Shown here piece after piece: positions 1 through 8,758 of a stretch of 25,071 bases of DNA. The notes beneath the pieces are model-generated. The model saw nothing but the letters and a program-made list of their open reading frames with translations. It ran no database searches and was not told the origin of the DNA. The stretch lies in assembly GCA_027001995.1 (NCBI GenBank), contig JALTLO010000031.1, positions 1-25,071 of the forward strand, given 5' to 3'. Within the stretch, counting starts at the first letter, position 1. Each line of letters starts with the position of its first letter. The position numbers were made by a program, and so were the translations under genes. This DNA comes from Planctomycetota bacterium. Its GTDB lineage: Bacteria; Planctomycetota; GCA-002687715; DRQF01.

Positions 1-385
1 CCCCCTGGATACATCCCTAGCCCCAGCTGGGATTTTCCTTTGCCATTTGAACGACGAGATCCTCGATCTTCTTCATGGCGCCAGGGCATCCTTTGCCGGC
101 TTTGTTCGCCCATTTTTGCGCAATCAATTTGCGATGCCAGGGCAGCAGTGTGTCGGGCGTGACAATGGTTGCGTATTGACCGAGCAAACGACGACCTATT
201 TCCCAGCCTTTGGCGGCGAGGCGACGACGTTGAGTATCAGTCAAACGGATCTTTCTTGTTCCGCGTTGTTCCTTGAGGACTCGGTCTCTTCACGGAGGTA
301 GTCCAAAACCTTCTGTTGTTCTCGATTCAGTCAGCCAGAGAGGGCCGCGATGAGGAGGAGAGGGGGGTGTTAGCGCGTTCTTCAT
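1..385 (-). pseudogene. Decayed transposase/integrase-core (rve-type) gene, N-terminal part; runs off the left edge
   Basis: Reading from ATG at 385 across two frameshifts gives MKNAL../PLLLIAALSG*LNREQQKVLDYLREE/RVLKEQRGTRKIRLTDTQRRRLAAKGWEIGRRLLGQYATIVTPDTLLPWHRKLIAQKW...IEDLVVQMAKENPSWG*GCIQG. This matches the N-terminus of integrase-core transposases (GWLNR..Q..IEYL.EENRVL; VTPDT.LRWHR; A.ENPSWGY.RIQG). In-frame stops at 331-333 (TGA for W) and 17-19 (TAG for Y); frameshifts near 362-367 and ~285. Confidence 0.85.
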
Positions 386-584
386 GGTGGCGAGGATAGG
401 ACGAAAGTGTTTCAGCTACAAGGGATTACAGCTCGGCTGACTTTTTGCACCCTACGAGCAGAGCCAGGTTGGTGGTATGCGTATACCGGATGCCGCAACG
501 CCCTCGGACGATACGCTCCTGGATGGCCGCCACTTATCCGCATCTTGCTCGTCATATCGATCGTGATTTCTTACAGGTGCGAAA

Positions 585-616
585 TGCATGTTCATGCAGG
601 AACTTCCTGCATAACA
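585..616. promoter_or_regulatory. Overlapping palindromes upstream of the TPR gene (candidate operator or hairpin)
   Basis: ATGCAGGAA-C-TTCCTGCAT (594-612, perfect 9-bp arms, extendable to TGTT...AACA with one bulge) overlaps TGCATG-TT-CATGCA (585-598). A TATATT hexamer follows at 620-625. Function is inferred. Confidence 0.35.
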
Positions 617-723
617 GGGTATATTTATGCCCCTATTCAGCCCAGAGTCTACTTGCTCCGAAATACGAAAGAGTCCGTATTGCACAGATAGACTTAAGAC
701 CCCATCCGAACCCTGGGCCGAAC

Positions 724-3700
724 ATGAAGAATCAGATATTAGACCGGTATTCAAGCTCCAGTCCTTTGCGCACCCGTTTCGAAGAGATTCTGGGCCAAGT
801 CGGGAAGCAGGAGCTGCCTCGCATGGATGGGGGAGACCAAATTGGCCAGCTCATCGTCGCCAACCTAGAAGCCTTGCCGAAACGAGCAAGCGAAGAATCG
901 GCTCTTCTCTTTGAAGCCCAAAAATGTCGGGCGAAGCTCTACTGGGAAAGCAGTGGAGCGACGGCTTTGGAAGCCGCTGAGTCCTTGATTGCTGCCCGAG
1001 AAACTCTGGCTGAACTGAATCACGACCACGATGGGCTGATCTCACTTCTTGAACCTGCTCGAGGTATCTTTGAAGACCTCGTTGCCATTGGGTCGAAACG
1101 GAATGCTTGGTTGTGCCTGGAGATCATAATTTCTTGCCTGCGTGTTTCGCCAGAACACAAGGAGCTGATTCCGGAAGTTCTGGGCGAGTTCGCGGAATTC
1201 AGCCGGGATATGATTCATGATGGGCGTGAGCCTGGACTCCTGAGCGTCATTCTCGATCACTGTGATTGGGCTCGGGAGTGCGCTCCAGATCGATTCCCTG
1301 AACTTGTTTGTTTGGTCCCCATGATGTTGGACCAATGCACGGAAGACCTGCCTTGGCAAGACGTCTTGCGGGCCTATCTTTATGCCCGTCATTTGTCCTT
1401 GGGGTTTGGTGCTGGTGTCTTAGAGAATATTGCTCGAAAGATGGCTGGACTAGGGAAAATTGATACGGAAGTTCGTGTTGTCTATCAGGACTTTCTGAGT
1501 GAATGTGGAGACCGGAAGTTTGAACTGGAGTCTGAATTCAAAGAGTTAGCCTACGTTAACCCCGCCACTGATATCGCTTACAGCGCCGACTTAGATAGCC
1601 TTAACTCCATGTTCTCTGAACACTACCCGGAGCAAGAATGGGTTTGGCGCAACCGGGCGCTGCTGAGTCGCCGACATGGAGATCGAGCCGGTGCTCTGGT
1701 TTTCTTGTCTCGAGCTATGAGCATCGATGGCGAACCACCTCAGCTCATGGGTCTCATGGCTCCAGTTCTGGCCGGAATGGGTTTCCTACAAACGGCTTTC
1801 CAGTTTGCCAGATTCGCGTCCAAAGAGACGAATAGCCGTTTCGCACTTAACGTATTACGTTTGTTGGCGGCTGAGCCAGCCAATGATTCCGGTCGTCAGA
1901 AGTTGCAGTTGCGTCTTGAGCAAACCTTGCTCTTGGAGAATCTCCCTATCGAGTTGAGATCGTTGATTCTCAATCGACGAGCTGAACTCCTCTTCCATTG
2001 CGGCGATTTTGAAACAGCGCGGGGTCTTTACACCGAGATATTTGGCGACAACCTGAGCGACGAAATTGCCGCTGTTCGATTGGCAGAAATGGCATTCGTC
2101 AGTGGTGAGACCAAAAAACTGAAGAACTACTTGTCCGCACGGTTTACTCCCCGTGTTCTTCCCTTCGTAGAGAACATCCATTCTCGGGTGGCGGAGCAAA
2201 ACGGCGACCTGGACTTGGCCTGGGAACACAATGAGAAGGCCTTGGCCCTTATGCCGGAGGCCCAAATGGCCGGAAGGCAGGAAAAGGACAAGACCTTGCG
2301 TATGTTGGAGGACCGCATCCGTGCGACCTTTGGCGAGTCCCATGTCCAATGTTCTTTGATGGCCATGCTTGAAGTGGAGACCCATGCACCACCTCATCGT
2401 GATCTCTTGGACTTGGAAGAAAAGTTGCGAAGAAGATCAGTGGATTTGGGTATCATCCGGGGCGACGTGGAGGGCACGGCAACGAGAATTCGTGAGCTTG
2501 TCTCGCGGGAAATGGCCGACACGGACGTCTTCTTGGCCGGTGCGCGAGCAAGTCTTGACCAAGATCGAGCTGATGATGCCCTGGAGCTCTTGGATCAGGC
2601 GGAGGCTTCTGGGCACGACGCTTGTCCAGAGATTCGGCTTCTCAGAGCCAAGACCTATTTGGCTCAAGGAGACCTGGAACAGGCGGCGCACCATTTCAGA
2701 AGAGAACTGGAAATCGGCCCTTCTGCAGAAGCACGCCTATTCGTAGCGATGATAGATCTGGAAGGTGGCCATGAGGAAGCGGCGCTGGAGACCCTTGAAG
2801 CGGTGCGGGAAGAGGATGGCGGCTCTGCCGCAGTCCAGCACGAAATCGCTTACCTTAAGGGTGTGCTCTATGAGCGAAAAGGGAGAAATGCCGAGGCGCA
2901 CAAGTCCTACCTAGCTGCCGTCGACGCTGTTGGTGGTGAGAGTCAGGCAGCAAGCCGTGCAGGAATCTTAGGTCTCGAAATGGCGCTGGATGATGATGGT
3001 TCTGTCATTGATCCTATGGCTGCTGAAGAAGCGATTGCCTTGCTGGAGTCGAACTTAGACTCGAACGTTGTCTGCCGGGTTGCCTTGGCGCGGGCATCGC
3101 AAAACTGCGATGTTGATGCAGCTTCGGCCGAATTGGAACGCGCTATGCAGCGGACCAATGCTGTCGATGAGCTGAGATTGAGGCGAGCGCACCTTAATTT
3201 GCTTCTGGCGAACGAAAGGACGGAGGCAGCTCTGGACGCTATGAACGCCATGACGGATATCATGGAGCCAGAGAACCTCGGACGTCACCATGGACGCATC
3301 GCCGAGCTAAGCCGACAATGTGCCCTCCAGGAGATCGTCAAGTCTGGCAACTTAGACTCGGAATGCGTGCACTCTTGGTTGGCTTCGAGGCCCAAGATCG
3401 GAAAGAAAGATCCTGTTCACGAGCTGCTTTCTTCACTTTTGAACCCTGCGGCCGATGAACCGATCTACAAGAAGAATGCATCCCCTGCCTTGTTCCTTGC
3501 CTCGGCAGTGGCTGGGGGGCAGCGGAAGAAAGACGGAAAACTCCGGGCTCAAGTGTTGGCAGACGGTGCCAAGGGGATCGCCGCCGCTGAGGCCAAGAAT
3601 ATCCTTATGGTGATGCAGGAAGGAAGTGCGGCCCAGCTCTTAGACGCAATCGATTCCTTTGATGCTGCCGAGTTGACTCTTCCTTGGGCGAGACTTGATG

Positions 3701-5703
3701 TCTTGGCTGTTGTGGCGGCGAAAGCCGCCTTGGAAGGTGATGATTCTTTGGTGAAAGAGGTGAGTAGCCGGGCTCCAGGACGCTTCCGCGAGCATGAGAA
3801 GCTCAAGAGTCTGATTGACATGATCTCCTCAGGCGGTGTTGATACATCCCGGGTCTTGAGTTTGTTGTGCGATCTCTCCGGGCGGCTGCTGAAGTCTGAC
3901 TCTGATAATCATGAAGGTGTCTTGCTTAGTGTCCGAACCAGCGTCACGGAGTTGCGGGAAACTCCATCCCCGTCATGGGCTTCAGCACGTCTTCGGTGTG
4001 CCGGCAAGAGGACCAAGACCCATGAAAAGGCTGCTGAGGTCTTTTGGAAATCTGTGCGGGACCGGGGTGAGGATGAATCTGGGGTCGCCCTGCACCACAT
4101 AGCTCTCATGAGTATGTCGAAAGCCCATGGGGCAGAGCTTCATGGGGCAGAGTCGATGGAACTCTGGCGGGAAACCCACGAATTATGGGCTGAGCTTGTC
4201 GACTGCTCGCCGTTCTGGGCGACATTCGTCGATGCATTCCCAGGAGATGACATGACTGCGGTAGTCAGCTCATTGCGAGAGAAGATCGCCGGTTGGATCT
4301 TGCATTCGCAAGTAGCTCTGGCGAAGCGTCGCCTATTTGCTGGAGAGTTGCCAAGGGCTATTGAGCATGCTCGTTTAGCTGCTCAATCGAAATTGAGAAA
4401 ATTCTGCGATCCGACATTTGTTCACGAAGCTATTTTTGATGCTCTATCCGGGGAACTCGAGCGCTTCATCCACAAAGGGAAGTTCGAAGAAGCCATGGCC
4501 TGCATTGATCATGTCATCGTAGCCGATCCGGGCAATCCTATGGCTATGCGCGAGATGGTGATGGTCTCAGCTTCCTGCTTGGAGCGCAATCTGGTGGTTG
4601 TCGATTCGCTGACGAAACTCGATCCCTCCATGATGAGAGAGATCTCCGGGATGATGAGCACGGTCTTGCTGTCTGCAGAACGATCGATTCGCGAGCTGGC
4701 TGATCGGGGTTGCCAAGATCCTCAATTGGCAAAGGCTCTGGTGGCAGGCCTTCGGAGTATCGCTTTCGTTGCCCAACACAGAGATTGCAATGCCAATGAA
4801 GCTTGTGTCTTGCTTGATCGAGCGATCGAAGTCGCCGATGCCAATGGCATCGACAGCCAGAAGATTCGCCATGTGAGGTCTGACCTTGGACTGGGGCTGG
4901 TTGAAGAAACTATGTCGCGGGCGGCAACGTCTGTTCATGAAATCCAAAGTGATGCCGTCGATCCCCTGGATGCGGCTATGGACGAAGTCGACCGCCTGAT
5001 CGCCCTTGATCCGGGAAATATCAAAGTCATCACCCAAAAAGCGCGTTTGCTGTTGGTGGCCCACCGTGATGCAGAGGCGGAGGAACTCGCCAGGGACATG
5101 TTCAAAGACGCCCAGAAGAAAAATGAACCTTCCCTGGTGCGTTCCGCTGTTGAGTTGATGCACCAAGTGCAATCGGAGCGAGAGAAGCTGCGCTATGAAA
5201 GTAAAATGGAATTGGTCGATCGATTGTGTGCAGATGACAATTGGCGAGCTGCATTAGATCTGTTCAAAGAGGCCGTTGTTGGTCGAGAGAATGAACCACT
5301 GCACTTGCTCAAGCACGTCGATATCTTGATTGGCCTACGCAAACTTGATCGTGCTGAGACGATGATTGATTCCTTGGAAGATTGCGATTCTCTAGAACGA
5401 GAGTGGCAAGTGAGGCGTTCCCGTCTGGCGTGTATCCGCTACATGAAAGAAACCGGGGGCGATTTGTTGTCGGCCTTTGAGTTGGCAGAACGTCGAAATT
5501 TCGAGAAAGCGATCGTCATTCTTGACGAACTCTTGGGGGCTGACAGTCGTTCAGCGCCACTGCAATACTTGGCGGCCAAATGCCATCAGGCTTTGGGTAG
5601 TACGGAACGCACGAGCGCCCATGCGGACGCCGCAAGTCGCTGCGCCAAAAGGGCAAGCGACCGCTGGATTCGAGTTCTAATCGATGAGGAGATTCAATCA
5701 TGA
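724..5703 (+). CDS. Large cytoplasmic tetratricopeptide-repeat / alpha-solenoid protein (~1,659 aa)
   Basis: 5-kb uninterrupted ORF with many TPR-like helix pairs (e.g. RAKTYLAQGDLEQAAHHFRRELEIGPS, YLKGVLYERKGRNAEAHKSYLAAV, LQYLAAKCHQALGSTERTSAH). No signal peptide or TM segment seen. Start uncertain: the frame is open from TTG 445, the first ATG giving a natural-looking N-terminus is 724, and an alternative ATG at 823 has AGGAG 9 nt upstream. Confidence 0.85.
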   Translation: MKNQILDRYSSSSPLRTRFEEILGQVGKQELPRMDGGDQIGQLIVANLEALPKRASEESALLFEAQKCRAKLYWESSGATALEAAESLIAARETLAELNHDHDGLISLLEPARGIFEDLVAIGSKRNAWLCLEIIISCLRVSPEHKELIPEVLGEFAEFSRDMIHDGREPGLLSVILDHCDWARECAPDRFPELVCLVPMMLDQCTEDLPWQDVLRAYLYARHLSLGFGAGVLENIARKMAGLGKIDTEVRVVYQDFLSECGDRKFELESEFKELAYVNPATDIAYSADLDSLNSMFSEHYPEQEWVWRNRALLSRRHGDRAGALVFLSRAMSIDGEPPQLMGLMAPVLAGMGFLQTAFQFARFASKETNSRFALNVLRLLAAEPANDSGRQKLQLRLEQTLLLENLPIELRSLILNRRAELLFHCGDFETARGLYTEIFGDNLSDEIAAVRLAEMAFVSGETKKLKNYLSARFTPRVLPFVENIHSRVAEQNGDLDLAWEHNEKALALMPEAQMAGRQEKDKTLRMLEDRIRATFGESHVQCSLMAMLEVETHAPPHRDLLDLEEKLRRRSVDLGIIRGDVEGTATRIRELVSREMADTDVFLAGARASLDQDRADDALELLDQAEASGHDACPEIRLLRAKTYLAQGDLEQAAHHFRRELEIGPSAEARLFVAMIDLEGGHEEAALETLEAVREEDGGSAAVQHEIAYLKGVLYERKGRNAEAHKSYLAAVDAVGGESQAASRAGILGLEMALDDDGSVIDPMAAEEAIALLESNLDSNVVCRVALARASQNCDVDAASAELERAMQRTNAVDELRLRRAHLNLLLANERTEAALDAMNAMTDIMEPENLGRHHGRIAELSRQCALQEIVKSGNLDSECVHSWLASRPKIGKKDPVHELLSSLLNPAADEPIYKKNASPALFLASAVAGGQRKKDGKLRAQVLADGAKGIAAAEAKNILMVMQEGSAAQLLDAIDSFDAAELTLPWARLDVLAVVAAKAALEGDDSLVKEVSSRAPGRFREHEKLKSLIDMISSGGVDTSRVLSLLCDLSGRLLKSDSDNHEGVLLSVRTSVTELRETPSPSWASARLRCAGKRTKTHEKAAEVFWKSVRDRGEDESGVALHHIALMSMSKAHGAELHGAESMELWRETHELWAELVDCSPFWATFVDAFPGDDMTAVVSSLREKIAGWILHSQVALAKRRLFAGELPRAIEHARLAAQSKLRKFCDPTFVHEAIFDALSGELERFIHKGKFEEAMACIDHVIVADPGNPMAMREMVMVSASCLERNLVVVDSLTKLDPSMMREISGMMSTVLLSAERSIRELADRGCQDPQLAKALVAGLRSIAFVAQHRDCNANEACVLLDRAIEVADANGIDSQKIRHVRSDLGLGLVEETMSRAATSVHEIQSDAVDPLDAAMDEVDRLIALDPGNIKVITQKARLLLVAHRDAEAEELARDMFKDAQKKNEPSLVRSAVELMHQVQSEREKLRYESKMELVDRLCADDNWRAALDLFKEAVVGRENEPLHLLKHVDILIGLRKLDRAETMIDSLEDCDSLEREWQVRRSRLACIRYMKETGGDLLSAFELAERRNFEKAIVILDELLGADSRSAPLQYLAAKCHQALGSTERTSAHADAASRCAKRASDRWIRVLIDEEIQS

Positions 5704-6209
5704 GTTGGGTTGCAGATACACACAACAATCCCTTTCTTGTCGACGACGAGACTTCGCCCCCTCAGCGCTCTGCTTTTGCCATTCTCATGGCAGAACGAGA
5801 CGATCTTGATTCGCTCACTGTTGAAGAACTCCTGGAGCGGGCGAAGAAGCGCCTGAGCGAAGATCCCCAGTTGGCGACCGTTTATGGCCGGCCACTGAGT
5901 GAGGGCGATTTGGAGAAGGCCGCCACGCGCCTGACCAATCCTGCGGATCGCTTGATTAACGAACTCCTCGACTTTAAGTTTCACCGTTTCGACCTGAGTT
6001 CCATCACAGAGTTGACAAATGCCATCGAGGCCTTTCGCGGGGCACTTTCCACTTGGGAATGGCCAGAAATAGTCGACCTGAGCCTTTTGGCAATGATCCT
6101 GTCTGAAGACTTGGAGCCCCTAACGCCGGAACCTTTGGGGCGCGATGTTCCTAAAGCCCCTGAATTACCCGTGTTAAAGGACATGATCCAGCGGCTCTCG
6201 GCATTTTAA
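5700..6209 (+). CDS. 169-aa hypothetical protein, J-domain-like helical module lacking HPD
   Basis: ATGA overlap with the upstream stop. Pattern AFAILMA..DD...VEELLERAKKRL....LSEGDLEKAATRLTNPADRLINELL resembles J-domain helices I-IV (Y.ILG...EIK.AYR.L..HPD...I.EAY.VLSDP.KR), with SEDP around the HPD position. Pro-rich C-terminal tail. Confidence 0.75.
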   Translation: MSWVADTHNNPFLVDDETSPPQRSAFAILMAERDDLDSLTVEELLERAKKRLSEDPQLATVYGRPLSEGDLEKAATRLTNPADRLINELLDFKFHRFDLSSITELTNAIEAFRGALSTWEWPEIVDLSLLAMILSEDLEPLTPEPLGRDVPKAPELPVLKDMIQRLSAF

Positions 6210-6369
6210 TCAAGCCTGAGTTGAGGGACGCGCAAGATCGAGGGTCCTTTGAACACAATGGTCGATCTGGCCGTAGAAGAGGCATCTACCCTCAGTTGGC
6301 TCTTTATTGCTGGTAGGTTCAGCTCTTTTCCTGAATGTGGGATAGCTAGGCTTTTCCACGATCCAGGGC

Positions 6370-6398
6370 TGCACATAAACCACCTGAAACTGTAGACT
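6370..6398 (+). promoter_or_regulatory. Candidate sigma70-type promoter of the MoxR operon
   Basis: TGCACA-N17-TAGACT in the 270-bp intergenic gap, ~80 nt before the ATG at 6479. Each hexamer matches consensus at 4/6 only. Confidence 0.25.
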
Positions 6399-6478
6399 GC
6401 GAATCCGTTGCTCCACTTCACTGAATTGGAATGCTCCGGGCGGATATTCGGATATCGGTTTCCCTTGTGGTGGGTGCA

Positions 6479-8758
6479 ATGAACAAGCTATTTCTGGGAC
6501 TGGCGGCTTTCCTCTTTTTTGCGATGAGCGGCTTTTCTCAGACGGCCTCCGGGCGTCTTGCAGCGAAGATTGTTGGTGGCAAAGTTGTGGTGCAGTGTGA
6601 TCTGTCTAGTAACACGCGCCGGGTGCCTGTGAACCTGATTGTTGAGCTCGAATCTTCATCGGCGTTCTTTTTGCAAGATACGGCTGCCCGGGATTTGGGC
6701 TTCGACGGCTCTGTTGACGCCACTCTCCATTTTCCCGGTTTTAAGGTTGCTGGCCTGGCCCCTGATGTTGGGGCCTCAGATTTTCACAAATTCTTTACGA
6801 ACCGCTATGCACCAGAATTATCGGAAACACTTTGTGTTGGCACTTTGGGAGCTGGGTTCTTCGAGCGATTCCAAGTTGTCTTTGAGCTTGGGGAAGGGTT
6901 CATCGCCTTAAATCCCAAGGCGGCCGAGGCAGAACCTGGGTATGAGTGGCGGGATGGCTCTGTTTCCATGGAACAATCCGGTTCTTTGTGGTGGCTTGAC
7001 GTGGCCTACGCTGGTGATCAAGAATCTAAGATGGCCATTGGTACAGGATCCATCGACACCACCATAGCAGCGGATCTTTGCCAAGAGCTTGGTTTTCCAG
7101 CGGGCAACATTGGTCCATTCACTGTTGGTGGTTTGGAATTGTCTGATCGCGTGGCCCTTCGCCCAGAGGCCTTAGATGAGTTTCATCCAGATGGTGCTTT
7201 TGGTCGGCTGGGTACGAATGTGCTGACTCAAACGCGATTGACTCTGGATTTCGTCAATCGTCGTGCTTCTTTTGACGCCACGAAACCAGCGGTCTTTCCA
7301 AAGGATGATCTGGCATTCTTCTTAGCCAGAGCCGCAGAGGATGCCACCAAGATTGAGAAGTTTCTGGTTGACTTCCCAGAAGCTCGTCTCAAAGAAGAAG
7401 CTGCGCGTTTGTTGCTGCAGATGCGCTTAGAGGAACACATCAATGGTGGGGGCGACGATTCTGTGGCGCGGGCCTTGTTGTTCGTTCACCAAGCGACGCC
7501 GAAGGATCTTCGGGCGACTCAAGCTCTCAAGACGATGGATCTTCTCGAAAAACAAGGTGCCACTTCGCTGGTAATTAAGGCAGGCGAACTGGGTGTATCG
7601 GCAGGAAAAGACGATCGGGACCCCTTGGCTACCTATAAGATTCATGGGCGGCTAGGGCGCATTCATTTTGACCAAGGTCGAGAGGATCCAGCTTTCAAAC
7701 ACCTATTCTCGGCAGTCTTCGGCATGCGTGAGGATGGTCCTGCCAATCTTGACCTGGGGCGCTACTACGAAAAACAAAAACGATATCGCCGCGCATTCTC
7801 GCGTTATGTCCAAGCCGTCGTTAAAGAAGAATCAGCCGAAGCGGCTTTGGCAGGGATGAAGCGCTGTCAGAAGCATCTGGACAGCAGTGAAGCTATGTCG
7901 ATTGAGGTGATCGAAAAATTGGTCGCCGGTCGCATCCCTGCCTTTCGCGTTGCCGCCCGGTACAAGGCGAAAAAGGGCGACAAAAAGCCCACTCGGCACG
8001 TACTCTTGGAACTCATGACAGGGGCTCATTGTGGGCCTTGTATCGCCGCGGATCTGGCCTTTGAGGCTGTTGATTCCTTCTTTCCAGAAACAGTCTTGTC
8101 CCTCATTCAGTACCACGTCCATATCCCTGCCCCGGATCCTCTGGCAAATCCGACTTCGACCCGGGCATTTCGCCTCCTCGGTGGTACATCAGCTCCTCAG
8201 GCCTTCATTGACGGCCATGTGCGCATCAACGGAGGAGGCCGTGAAGGTGATAAGGAGAAGAAGTACGAGCAGTATAAAGAGGCGATCTTAAAGGCACTTG
8301 AGGTTAAGTCCGACCACACAATTTCCACCACAACGACGATCAACCAGGGCAAGGTGACCGGAGAAACGACAATTTCTGGGCCAGTGGGCAGTGGGATGCC
8401 CCACGTTCAAGTGCTGTTGGTTGAGAAGAGTGTGCTGTTTCCTGGGCGTAATAAAATTGTCATTCATCGGATGGTCGTACGGAGCGAATTGACCGGCACC
8501 TCAGCGGGTATTCCCTACTTGCCGAAGGATGGGAAGATGGTCGTCAAGTTTTCAGTCAAACTGGCAGATATCCAAAGTGACTTGGATGAGCATCTTGACC
8601 AAGTTGAATCTCAACAGGGTTCTCAATTCACTATGTGGCCGACGACAATTGACCCGAAGCAAGTCGCGATTGTGGTCATTCTGCGTGACTTGGAGAGTGA
8701 AAAGGTTTTGCAGAGTGATCAAAGCGATCCAACGTTTCCGGCGGAGGAATTAAAGTAG
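6479..8758 (+). CDS. Exported multidomain protein: signal peptide + two retropepsin-like (degenerate) domains + TPRs + CxxC thioredoxin/Omp28-like domain (759 aa)
   Basis: Sec-type signal MNKLFLGLAAFLFFAMSGFS/Q. Asp-protease-like signature pairs VNLIVELESS...GTLGAGFFERFQVVFEL and MAIGTGS...GRLGTNVLTQTRLTLDF. TPRs (HGRLGRIHFDQGREDPAFKHL, NLDLGRYYEKQKRYRRAFSRY). Thioredoxin fold LLELMTGAHCGPCIAADLAF...QYHVHIPAPDPL...SAPQAFIDG, followed by a beta-rich region with an Omp28-like IHRMVVR motif. Confidence 0.85.
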   Translation: MNKLFLGLAAFLFFAMSGFSQTASGRLAAKIVGGKVVVQCDLSSNTRRVPVNLIVELESSSAFFLQDTAARDLGFDGSVDATLHFPGFKVAGLAPDVGASDFHKFFTNRYAPELSETLCVGTLGAGFFERFQVVFELGEGFIALNPKAAEAEPGYEWRDGSVSMEQSGSLWWLDVAYAGDQESKMAIGTGSIDTTIAADLCQELGFPAGNIGPFTVGGLELSDRVALRPEALDEFHPDGAFGRLGTNVLTQTRLTLDFVNRRASFDATKPAVFPKDDLAFFLARAAEDATKIEKFLVDFPEARLKEEAARLLLQMRLEEHINGGGDDSVARALLFVHQATPKDLRATQALKTMDLLEKQGATSLVIKAGELGVSAGKDDRDPLATYKIHGRLGRIHFDQGREDPAFKHLFSAVFGMREDGPANLDLGRYYEKQKRYRRAFSRYVQAVVKEESAEAALAGMKRCQKHLDSSEAMSIEVIEKLVAGRIPAFRVAARYKAKKGDKKPTRHVLLELMTGAHCGPCIAADLAFEAVDSFFPETVLSLIQYHVHIPAPDPLANPTSTRAFRLLGGTSAPQAFIDGHVRINGGGREGDKEKKYEQYKEAILKALEVKSDHTISTTTTINQGKVTGETTISGPVGSGMPHVQVLLVEKSVLFPGRNKIVIHRMVVRSELTGTSAGIPYLPKDGKMVVKFSVKLADIQSDLDEHLDQVESQQGSQFTMWPTTIDPKQVAIVVILRDLESEKVLQSDQSDPTFPAEELK

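Noticed and set aside
17..333. In-frame TGA (for Trp) and TAG (for Tyr) as evidence of stop-codon recoding
   Set aside because: The same gene has frameshifts, and intact genes in the window end at TGA and TAG under the standard code.
445..723. 93-codon N-terminal extension of the TPR ORF from TTG 445
   Set aside because: R/P/C/Y-rich composition unlike the helical body, no SD, and it overlaps palindromic promoter-like DNA; probably untranslated.
4126..4152. 12-bp direct repeat CATGGGGCAGAG at 15-bp period (HGAEL-HGAES)
   Set aside because: Only two copies, in frame inside a CDS; a small local duplication, not an array.
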